Assembly: GCA_044236265.1 (NCBI GenBank)
Contig: JBIIGV010000006.1
Span: forward strand, 1 to 48,037
DNA length: 48,037 nt
Origin: Oligoflexales bacterium
GTDB taxonomy: Bacteria; Bdellovibrionota_B; Oligoflexia; Oligoflexales; RGVZ01
Direction: 5' to 3'
Part shown: positions 19,009-26,955 of the stretch, in pieces
Layout: every line of letters starts with the position of its first letter
Numbering within the stretch: the stretch's first letter is position 1
The notes under the pieces: generated by a model
The model's input: the letters and a program-made list of their open reading frames with translations, nothing else
Database searches by the model: none
Told to the model about the DNA's origin: nothing
Translations under genes and position numbers: made by a program

Positions 19009-21474
19009 TCAAAGACCTTTCACTCGAGATAAATTTTGACGAATGTCGAGACTTAGCAACGCTGACGACACTTCGTAACTTTCGGAAAACTTATCAGTGA
19101 GCTTCCAAGACTTGTCATTAACACGTTCAATCATGCCATGCTCACCAAGCTGCTCCAATATCGCGCCGAAAACCTGACCGCTCGGAAGCTCCAAATCGGA
19201 AGATCCTGTCAGAAGACTAACGCGCTGAGCCATCATCACACACTGGTTTTGGAAGTCCTCAACGCCAAAAGACTCCGTTCCATACTGACATAAAAGCTGC
19301 GCTGCAAGCGCAAACCTCTCGAGAGAGGCGCCCAACACCAACCCTAACGTCCTTAAAATATTAAATTCCGGGGATGTCATTTCCGGCCTTCGCAGGTACG
19401 TGTCGTTGACGCGGCTCAATAGTTTAAGGTCAACCATTGCGTTGATATAGCCCCTTACAACCTGCTCAATATCGGCTTGATCCCACCGAAGGAAAAATTC
19501 CTTCTTTAGAATCGGATAGAACATTTTAACGCCATTGATGACCACAGACTCATTGATGGAGTCATTGTGCTGCAAGAAATACGCGACGACTGAGGGCATT
19601 GCAAAAAGATGGGCGATGTTATTTCGATAGTACATAATGTAACTAGCCTGAGGCTCGACAGCATGAATGACATCGCCACCCGGTCCGCTAAAGCGAACAA
19701 GCTTTCCATAGTCAACCGCGTGTTGAATGATAGTCTTAGCTGGCGCATCTGGCATCTGGGCATCAGCAGAGTAGGGCATGATCTTCAGAAGATTTCTGAA
19801 GGTGTCGATGTGATTTATCAACTCCTCTTCCGGAAGAGCGCGCTGCCTTGTCGCAAGAAGTATCAGGGAAACAAGGGCCACGGATCCAGCCACAGCCGAC
19901 TCATTAATCCGAACCATGATATTTTGAGCCAAACTTTGAACGACGGGAGTAAGCCACGACGGCTTAGAGTCGACATCGTACGTCTGCTCACTCCAGCCGG
20001 GCTGCATACGTTCCAGAAAAGCACCCAATTCAAGTGGTTCCGCAAACGAGATGAAAACATCGCCATAGGACGACCATAACGATTTAACACCCTTTGCGAG
20101 CTGCCCAACGCTCTCGGCCTTCTTCTTCGTTCCTGCTAACTCTTTGCGGTAGGTTCGCACCTCAACGACACGATCATAGTAAAAATACACCGGAACAAAA
20201 TAGATCGGCCGGTCATGATTGCGTAAGAAACTGCTGACGACCATTGCGACCATCCCGGTTTTCGGTTGGAGCAACTTACCAGTTCGACTTCGTCCGCCCT
20301 CAAGAAAAAATTGCAGCGGAAAACCCTTTTGCAGAAGAAACGCCACGTACTCACTAAATGAAACTGAATAAAGCCGGTTGTTGTTAAACGTCCGGCGAAT
20401 ATAAAAAGCCCCCAAGCGGCGTAAAAAGCTTCCTACGGGCCAGAAATTAAGGTTGATACCAGCTGCAACATGGGGCGTTAAAATATGCTGATCGTACAAA
20501 ACATAGTTGATGAGAAGGTAGTCCATGTGCGACCGGTGACAGGGTACATAAACCACTTCAGCATTCGCGGGCAGACTGCGGACGCGATCAATTCGTTGAA
20601 CCTGCACTCCATTATAAATCCTGTTCCAAAGTCGCTTTAGAAGGACTGAGGCGCCGCTGATGACTTCGGGAGATACTTCAGCAGCAATTTCAGAAATATA
20701 CTCCTTCGCAAGCCTCTCCGCCTTTACTCGCGGAATGTTCTTTTTTCGGCACTCATCATCAATTGAAGATCGCAACGCCTTGCCTCGAATCAAAGTCTCT
20801 ATGATTCGATTACGACTTATCAAACCAGGACCAAGAACCGCAGCTCTGAGGGTTTGAAAATGTACGCGCACAACCCTAGTGAGTTTGCGAGCCGTTTGTT
20901 CAACGCCCATTGAAGTCGAGATTTGCTCTCGCAATAGAATCGGCTTCGCAAAATTGACAGCGACAGATTTACCCTGAGCCAAAACTATCAAGAGTTTTTG
21001 AATAAAACCGGCCCGATCATCATCAGGAAAAAATAGTTTAAATACACTTGGCTCGCTGCGATTAGCCGCACGACCCCAGAATATACTAACCGGCACCATC
21101 TGGACGTCGAAGGCGTCCTCGATTTGAGCCCGTCTTAATAGCTTGAAAAAAGGTGATGGCGGTTCATTCCTATAGGCTCCGTACGTGCGAAGAACTCCCA
21201 CGTGACTCAGATAAATGCTGGCAGCTCCCTTTCCTTCGCGCAAGTCATCAACGCTTGCGAGCGGTCGCGGCAGTCCTTTTTTTTCACAAAAAATATCCAG
21301 CACCAGAAAATCAAAAATAGTATTGGATTTGAGGACGTAACAAATTGGTCGCTCAGGATCGATATTGAGCTCGCCTAAAATATTATCTTCTGGCACAAGC
21401 TTAGCTCGCACCCAACCTTCAAGGAAAGATCTGAGCCATCCGAACCATGTAAGCCTAGACTGACCAGTTGACAT
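19009..21474 (-). CDS. plsB: Glycerol-3-phosphate 1-O-acyltransferase
   Basis: CHRSHMDY, GAFYIRR and FLEGGRSRTG motifs; 821 aa. Confidence 0.96.
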   Translation of the reverse strand: MSTGQSRLTWFGWLRSFLEGWVRAKLVPEDNILGELNIDPERPICYVLKSNTIFDFLVLDIFCEKKGLPRPLASVDDLREGKGAASIYLSHVGVLRTYGAYRNEPPSPFFKLLRRAQIEDAFDVQMVPVSIFWGRAANRSEPSVFKLFFPDDDRAGFIQKLLIVLAQGKSVAVNFAKPILLREQISTSMGVEQTARKLTRVVRVHFQTLRAAVLGPGLISRNRIIETLIRGKALRSSIDDECRKKNIPRVKAERLAKEYISEIAAEVSPEVISGASVLLKRLWNRIYNGVQVQRIDRVRSLPANAEVVYVPCHRSHMDYLLINYVLYDQHILTPHVAAGINLNFWPVGSFLRRLGAFYIRRTFNNNRLYSVSFSEYVAFLLQKGFPLQFFLEGGRSRTGKLLQPKTGMVAMVVSSFLRNHDRPIYFVPVYFYYDRVVEVRTYRKELAGTKKKAESVGQLAKGVKSLWSSYGDVFISFAEPLELGAFLERMQPGWSEQTYDVDSKPSWLTPVVQSLAQNIMVRINESAVAGSVALVSLILLATRQRALPEEELINHIDTFRNLLKIMPYSADAQMPDAPAKTIIQHAVDYGKLVRFSGPGGDVIHAVEPQASYIMYYRNNIAHLFAMPSVVAYFLQHNDSINESVVINGVKMFYPILKKEFFLRWDQADIEQVVRGYINAMVDLKLLSRVNDTYLRRPEMTSPEFNILRTLGLVLGASLERFALAAQLLCQYGTESFGVEDFQNQCVMMAQRVSLLTGSSDLELPSGQVFGAILEQLGEHGMIERVNDKSWKLTDKFSESYEVSSALLSLDIRQNLSRVKGL

Positions 21475-21486
21475 CCGCTTCCAACC

Positions 21487-22338
21487 TCAAAACTCTAGAT
21501 TATCAATCAAGCGAACATCACCAAATAAAACTGCAATAATCATCACCAAATTCTTCTCAGCAACCGTTACGCCTGCGGGCTCCAAGCTGAAACGATCCAC
21601 AATTTCGGCGTACTGAATTTTCATCCGTGGACACTGGGCTATTGAATCCTTAAACAGAGCTGTTAATTTCGCCAAAGATCTCTCGCCACGCTCCCATGCT
21701 GCTTTTGCCGCGCTCAAACCTTTGTATATGAGTGCAGACTCTTCGCGCTCTTCAGCACTCATGTAGCGATTTCGACTACTCATAGCGAGCCCGTCTTTTT
21801 CTCGGATGGTGTCGCAGCCGCGAATTTCAATTGGAAGCTCCACGTCCTTGGCCATCCGCTCGATCAGACGCCACTGCTGATAGTCTTTTTTTCCGAACAA
21901 AGCCATGTCTGGGGCTACGATGTTCAGTAGCTTTAGAACGACAGTCAAAACTCCCTCGAAATGACCAGGTCTAAATTTACCACAGAGTCCTTCAGACATC
22001 TTTTTGTTGATTACGGACGTTTGAAATGCCACCGGATAAATTTCCGCCGCTGCAGGAGCAAAAACAACATCTGCACCCACCGTCTGCAACTTCTCAACAT
22101 CCTCTTTCAACGTACGGGGATAACGCGCGAAATCTTCACTTGGTCCGAACTGCATCGGATTCACGAAAATGCTGACAACTACTCGTGCGCCCTCAGCCCT
22201 GGCCTGCAGTACGAGTGACAGATGGCCATCATGCAAGGCACCCATTGTCGGAACAAAAGCGACTTTTTCACCGGCTTGTCGCCATTTGGATACGACCGAT
22301 CTGATCTCAGCAATAGTCAGGACTGTATCAACTGCCAC
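21487..22338 (-). CDS. panC: Pantoate--beta-alanine ligase
   Basis: VPTMGALHDGH, FVNPMQF, RPGHFEG, GKKDYQQ, GLAMSSRN and RLIDN motifs. Confidence 0.99.
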   Translation of the reverse strand: MAVDTVLTIAEIRSVVSKWRQAGEKVAFVPTMGALHDGHLSLVLQARAEGARVVVSIFVNPMQFGPSEDFARYPRTLKEDVEKLQTVGADVVFAPAAAEIYPVAFQTSVINKKMSEGLCGKFRPGHFEGVLTVVLKLLNIVAPDMALFGKKDYQQWRLIERMAKDVELPIEIRGCDTIREKDGLAMSSRNRYMSAEEREESALIYKGLSAAKAAWERGERSLAKLTALFKDSIAQCPRMKIQYAEIVDRFSLEPAGVTVAEKNLVMIIAVLFGDVRLIDNLEF

Positions 22339-22421
22339 CCAAATCCCCCTTGGAACGCTTGATTGCTTCTGAGCACTCTAGCTATGATGGCAAATTTACT
22401 TGATTATTCAACAGAATAGAC

Positions 22422-22452
22422 AAAAAAAATCACCCGCATTTCGCGGGTGATT
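22422..22452 (-). terminator. Intrinsic terminator of the candidate sRNA
   Basis: Minus strand AATCACCCGC-GAAAT-GCGGGTGATT running into a T8 tract. Confidence 0.9.
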
Positions 22453-22635
22453 GAATAGACGAGAGATCCGATAGGTGAGAAGACTATAAACTGCCCTCCT
22501 GGCAATCCGGCCCATCCTAGGCCCACACTCTTGAAGTGAACTCCGTGTTCAACTTCCTCCATCTCCGTAAGGGTCCCGACGCTCGCGGCGCTTGACCCAT
22601 CCCATCTGGATATCTGCGCAAGTCTCACGACTTAC
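22422..22635 (-). ncRNA. Candidate CsrB/RsmZ-like GGA-repeat small RNA (~215 nt)
   Basis: Intergenic, with its own sigma28-type promoter and terminator. 5' hairpin GUAAGUC-GUGA-GACUUGC. Ten GGA on this strand versus none on the other strand in 22467-22602. Hairpin loops ACGGA, AGGAU and AGGAG. Confidence 0.7.
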
Positions 22636-22642
22636 ATTTTTA

Positions 22643-22669
22643 TCTTCGGTGGTCTTCTTTAAAACTTTA
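22643..22669 (-). promoter_or_regulatory. Sigma28 (FliA)-type promoter
   Basis: TAAAGTTT-N11-ACCGAAGA against the consensus TAAAGTTT-N11-GCCGATAA; predicted +1 near 22635. Confidence 0.7.
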
Positions 22670-22697
22670 GCCTCCCTGGCCGGCAGGCTAGGGAGGC
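22670..22697 (-). terminator. Strong hairpin downstream of the rodZ-like gene (terminator-like, weak U-tract)
   Basis: GCCTCCCTGGCC-GGCA-GGCTAGGGAGGC, a near-perfect 12-bp inverted repeat. Confidence 0.6.
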
Positions 22698-22725
22698 ATC
22701 TTATGCACAGATCAAATGCATGAAA

Positions 22726-23877
22726 TTACTGAGGAAAGTCGTCCAGGGAAGCTTTTGCCTGAAGAACAATGCGTCTGCGGCGCCCCTTGCTACCAAGGGA
22801 TCCCAATGACTTTCCATTGTAGATGACATCAACCAAGCTAGCATCGCCGAGGTGAAGATCAGCTCGATCATTAAATGTAAATCGATATGAATTAGGAGCA
22901 AACTTGCTTTGCTCAAGCTTTTTACCATCCATCGTAATTTTTACATCGACATCACCGGATACTCTTAACTCAATGACCTGCTCAAATGCTGCGGCAGACG
23001 TCGATGGCATGAAAAGCGGATTGTCTTCAGCAGCCGAAGCTTGAGGCGTAGCTACTGCCCCGCGGTTTTCAGCCGCTACTGGCGCCGAGTTGAGGTTCGT
23101 ATTGGATGGGTTAGCGATGGCCAAAACAGACTGCTCCTTGTTGGCAGTCATTGGATCAGCAGGTTTTCCAGCATACTTTTCTGTCTCTGAAAGCGGCGCA
23201 TCAACGTTCGAACGCTCATCAATCTGAGTTTTGGCTGTGACCATTGACACTTCTTGCGACTTCGCAACAAGCCTGTTTTTATGCAATGTGCCGGCAGCCC
23301 ATCGGCCAAAAACTAAGCCCACAAATACAGTGGCAATTCCTGTCAGAACCCATAGCCGAATCTGGGGGCTAACAATTGTATGCACAATCCAAGCTGGCAT
23401 CTTTAGAGAAATTTTTGAATCGATTGCTCTCCGCTTCGATGGCATCTTTTGCACAAACGCTGCCGGTGATGCTTCAGACTCCAAACGACGAGACTTCGGG
23501 ACTGCTGCTGTAACCGTAGAAGCCACAATCTCAGCCGGCTTTTCTTCGGCGGCAGTATTTTCGGAAGGTGGCGTAATGACAAGACTGTCCCAGCAAGCGT
23601 CATATAGCCGCAGGCCCTCATTGGTATCAGTTCGAAGGAGTCGAGTAATGTTCTTGATGAAACCACGACCAAAGACCTTACCTGGAAGGCCATCTAAGTT
23701 GCCGGATTCTAAGCTTAAAATATAGTTTTTACTAATTCTTGTCTCTTGGGAGACAGCATCGATTGAAATTCCCGAGCGTTCACGAGCCTGACGCAACCAC
23801 TCTGCAAGCCTCAGTCTAGCCGACTCCTGGTTCGACGGTACCGCAGCCAAGCCCTCATTGGGGGAGACGTTCGTCAT
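22726..23877 (-). CDS. RodZ-like protein (HTH_25, TM, C-terminal DUF4115-like domain)
   Basis: LRQARERSGISIDAVSQETRISKNYILSLESG...FGRGFIKN, one TM helix, and C-terminal LGDASLVDVIYNGK. Confidence 0.85.
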   Translation of the reverse strand: MTNVSPNEGLAAVPSNQESARLRLAEWLRQARERSGISIDAVSQETRISKNYILSLESGNLDGLPGKVFGRGFIKNITRLLRTDTNEGLRLYDACWDSLVITPPSENTAAEEKPAEIVASTVTAAVPKSRRLESEASPAAFVQKMPSKRRAIDSKISLKMPAWIVHTIVSPQIRLWVLTGIATVFVGLVFGRWAAGTLHKNRLVAKSQEVSMVTAKTQIDERSNVDAPLSETEKYAGKPADPMTANKEQSVLAIANPSNTNLNSAPVAAENRGAVATPQASAAEDNPLFMPSTSAAAFEQVIELRVSGDVDVKITMDGKKLEQSKFAPNSYRFTFNDRADLHLGDASLVDVIYNGKSLGSLGSKGRRRRIVLQAKASLDDFPQ

Positions 23878-23970
23878 TATTTTCTACTCCCAGTTTAAGA
23901 TCTCATCGTGTGCCGATTGTGATACACTGGACCATTGAACACGGCCAGTTCACAAAAAGGACCATGACCT

Positions 23971-24804
23971 ATGACAAAAGTTAGGACTTTTACCATCGCC
24001 TTCAGTCTAATACTGGCGACCGCTGGGTGTCAAACTGTGAAAAACAGTCAGGACAAGACCCTCAAGCCGGACTCCGAAACAGATTTATCGGTTGCAGCGG
24101 CCTTTTTGGAGGGCGGTCGCCCAGACAAAGCCATGTATGAATTGCGCGCCGTCATTGAGCGAGAACCTAAAAACACGTCGGCCCTAACTCTGATGGGCCT
24201 AGCTCAATTAGCACTAAAAAACCCGAAGAAAGCAGTGGAGAACCTCGAGAAAGCTTGGAAACTTGAGACCAAAGCAGAACATGCTCTGAATCTTTCTTCC
24301 GCGTATATGGAGAACAACCAGCTTGAATCTGCGCAAAAAATAATCGTCAAAGGGCTCTCTCTCAACGAGAAACCACCCTACCGTCACAAAGAGCGCCTCT
24401 ATCACAATCTCGGACTGCTAGCAGAGCGCAAAAACAAGCTTGTGGCTGCTGAAAAAGCATACAGACAAGCTCTCGTTGAAAATCCTACTTTCTATCTAAG
24501 TCGTGCAAGACTTGCCACCATGATGGAAGAAAAGAAAAAATTTAATGAGGCAAAGGACCACTGGGACATGGCTAGATCAGCCTGTCCGGGTTGTTTTGAA
24601 GCGACCGCGCATCTTTCTAAATATTACAAACAACGGGGCGACCTAAGAACTGCGTTGGGACTAGTTAAAGATTATCGTCGCCTCGAGGGGCTTAATCCGT
24701 CGGAATCAAAAATGGCTGCCGACTTGGAGCAATCACTCAATAACGAATTGACAAAAACAGCAACTAATCACGCAAATCAAGTCCCAAAAACCACTGAAAG
24801 GTAA
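23971..24804 (+). CDS. TPR lipoprotein, PilW/PilF/Tgl-like pilotin
   Basis: Lipobox TAGC; TPRs including NLSSAY and YHNLGL; CPGC motif; adjacent to the rodZ-like gene. Confidence 0.7.
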   Translation: MTKVRTFTIAFSLILATAGCQTVKNSQDKTLKPDSETDLSVAAAFLEGGRPDKAMYELRAVIEREPKNTSALTLMGLAQLALKNPKKAVENLEKAWKLETKAEHALNLSSAYMENNQLESAQKIIVKGLSLNEKPPYRHKERLYHNLGLLAERKNKLVAAEKAYRQALVENPTFYLSRARLATMMEEKKKFNEAKDHWDMARSACPGCFEATAHLSKYYKQRGDLRTALGLVKDYRRLEGLNPSESKMAADLEQSLNNELTKTATNHANQVPKTTER

Positions 24805-24805
24805 T

Positions 24806-26140
24806 TTGAATCTCATGCTCTTTCGTCCATTGCTGCTTTCTGCCCTAGTTTGTTCTTCAGTCCTCCAAAATCTGGCACTCGCTTCGCCTAAGAAAGATCC
24901 CGCTGCAGACGCAGACCAAACAACGGCTCGCTACAAAAATCTTGAGACCTTGGCGCGTGGACTCTTTTACCTCGAAACCATGTATGTGGATCCTGACAAA
25001 GTAAAAGAAAACGACATGGTCCAACATGCTCTGAAGGGTATCGTTGACCACCTGGACCCACACACGATGCTAATGCCGGCCAAAGCCTTTGAGCAAATCA
25101 CTACAGAGACTCAAGGAAAATTTGGCGGCGTAGGCATTATCGTAAGCCAGGAGCGAGGTAAAATTATCGTCGTCAGCCCAATAGAAGACACACCGGCGCA
25201 CCGCGCAGGCGTGAAGGCCGGCGATGAAATCATTGAAATTGACGATCAAGCAGTCGGAAAAATAAAGACGAACGATGCCGTTGATCGCATGCGCGGAAGC
25301 CCGGGCAGCGTCATGAAACTAACTATAATCCGTAAAGGAATTAAAGATCCGCTAAAATTCAAATTAGTGAGAGAAATCGTAAAGGTAAAATCCGTTCGAG
25401 GAATGATGCTAGAAGATACGACGCTCTATGCGAGGATCTCAAGCTTTCAAGAAAACACTGCTGATGAACTCGAGGCGATGATTCAGAAGAACAATCCTTC
25501 ACAAATCAAAGGAATGATCCTCGACATGAGAGATAATCCAGGTGGACTATTGGATCAGGCAGTTGCAGTAGCGGACATATTCATCGAAAGCGGAATCATT
25601 GTGAGCACCGTTGGTCGTGACAAAGATAAGGTTGAGCGTGAGTTCGCGCGCAAGAGAGGTACACTTGCGACCTTCCCTGTTGTCGTCCTTATTAACGGCG
25701 GATCCGCTTCAGCATCGGAAATTGTGGCGGGAGCCCTCCAAGATCACGAACGCGCTCTTCTTGTTGGAACAACCTCATTTGGCAAGGGAAGTGTCCAGAC
25801 TCTTCTCTCATTACCGGATGGCAGCGGCCTCAAGCTAACCGTCGCTCGATACTACACTCCCAAAGATCGCAGCATTCAGGCCAAAGGCATTCGACCTGAC
25901 ATTATCGTTTCAGACAAAAACTCGGTTGAGCGCGAGTCTGGCGAAGCAAAGAAAGAATCTGACTTGAAGGGGCACATTGAAAGTGCTGACCTCAGCGATC
26001 TGGCTACAAACCAAGGCATCACTAAAGCTATAAAGAACTGGCCCGAAACAATGCAGAAAGACGTCCAGCTCACGACGGGATTCACGTACCTTAAAAGCTA
26101 CGCCATGTTCCAAAGAAGGAACATGCATGACCGTCAATAA
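24806..26140 (+). CDS. ctpA: S41 carboxy-terminal processing protease
   Basis: LDPHT, PDZ motif FGGVGI, DMRDNPGG, SASASEI and FGKGSVQ. Confidence 0.95.
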   Translation: MNLMLFRPLLLSALVCSSVLQNLALASPKKDPAADADQTTARYKNLETLARGLFYLETMYVDPDKVKENDMVQHALKGIVDHLDPHTMLMPAKAFEQITTETQGKFGGVGIIVSQERGKIIVVSPIEDTPAHRAGVKAGDEIIEIDDQAVGKIKTNDAVDRMRGSPGSVMKLTIIRKGIKDPLKFKLVREIVKVKSVRGMMLEDTTLYARISSFQENTADELEAMIQKNNPSQIKGMILDMRDNPGGLLDQAVAVADIFIESGIIVSTVGRDKDKVEREFARKRGTLATFPVVVLINGGSASASEIVAGALQDHERALLVGTTSFGKGSVQTLLSLPDGSGLKLTVARYYTPKDRSIQAKGIRPDIIVSDKNSVERESGEAKKESDLKGHIESADLSDLATNQGITKAIKNWPETMQKDVQLTTGFTYLKSYAMFQRRNMHDRQ

Positions 26141-26149
26141 ATTTAGGGA

Positions 26150-26473
26150 TTAGCCGCCGGACCCAATCGACATAGGGTACGTGTTATACATTGCGAAATA
26201 AAAGCCAGATTCAACGACCGTTTTCACACGTCGCCCTCTGGTTCTACAAAAAGTCAGGTAGTTGTTGAAGGATTTCTCATCCGAGAAACACTTGATCATG
26301 ATCTTGCAGTCTGGACAAACCATCATCGGATTATGAGTCACGTGGCTACGCACGGTATCGCGACAGCAAGGACGAAGCCCCTGCAATGCCGAGGGGACCA
26401 TCAGAACATCAAACTCTGGCTGAGGAGAACCCGACGCAGCTGGGGTCTGATTTGTGGAGTTTGACTGGGACAT
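26150..26473 (-). CDS. Hypothetical Cys-rich protein (possible Zn-binding)
   Basis: CC...H..H...CPDC...C pattern; fills the gap between ctpA and the divergent promoter. Confidence 0.55.
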   Translation of the reverse strand: MSQSNSTNQTPAASGSPQPEFDVLMVPSALQGLRPCCRDTVRSHVTHNPMMVCPDCKIMIKCFSDEKSFNNYLTFCRTRGRRVKTVVESGFYFAMYNTYPMSIGSGG

Positions 26474-26604
26474 CCTGAGCCTCAAAAGACAACGAAAGTT
26501 CTAATCTTGCTGGGAACGATGGATACTAACCACTGCACAACGTAAAAACAACGTTTTATCGCTATTCGCATTAATTACAGGCCATTACAGGACGTTAACT
26601 CACC

Positions 26605-26631
26605 TCAAGTTCAAGGGTCTTGCGCCGATAA
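26605..26631 (+). promoter_or_regulatory. Sigma28 (FliA)-type promoter
   Basis: TCAAGTTC-N11-GCCGATAA, with a perfect -10 element. Confidence 0.75.
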
Positions 26632-26668
26632 GACCTCACAGCCCAGACAAACCAGGACTACGAGGACT

Positions 26669-26944
26669 ATGTCAAAAGCAAGCACCCTGATCACACTGGA
26701 GTCGATTGAACTTGGAATTAAAAATTCACACTCCATTGACGAAGATCTAAAATCACAAGTGACACATGACATTAAGGCCGCGCTCCTCTCCTACGCCATG
26801 ATGATTGAGTCCTTATCCGAACAAAACACCAGTTCTAAAATTCAGGATACAAACAGGAAAATTGCTCAACTGCAAAAGCACGAAACGACACTCAGACTCA
26901 TTGCAGAAAAGTTCATGGAAGCACTCACTCAACATAACAACTAG
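26669..26944 (+). CDS. Small helical protein with a HisKA H-box-like motif
   Basis: VTHDIKAALLS resembles a histidine kinase H-box; GAGGA RBS; no HATPase domain. Confidence 0.6.
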   Translation: MSKASTLITLESIELGIKNSHSIDEDLKSQVTHDIKAALLSYAMMIESLSEQNTSSKIQDTNRKIAQLQKHETTLRLIAEKFMEALTQHNN

Positions 26945-26955
26945 CGAGAACCGTC

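Noticed and set aside
22404..22628. 74-aa ORF overlapping the candidate sRNA
   Set aside because: The GTG start lies in the loop of the 5' hairpin with no RBS, the frame runs through a strong terminator, and the product has no recognisable features.
22422..22635. 6S RNA or c-di-GMP riboswitch identity for the ncRNA
   Set aside because: I saw no end-to-end rod pairing as in 6S and no GEMM consensus; local GGA hairpins dominate. An Rfam search is needed to exclude these formally.
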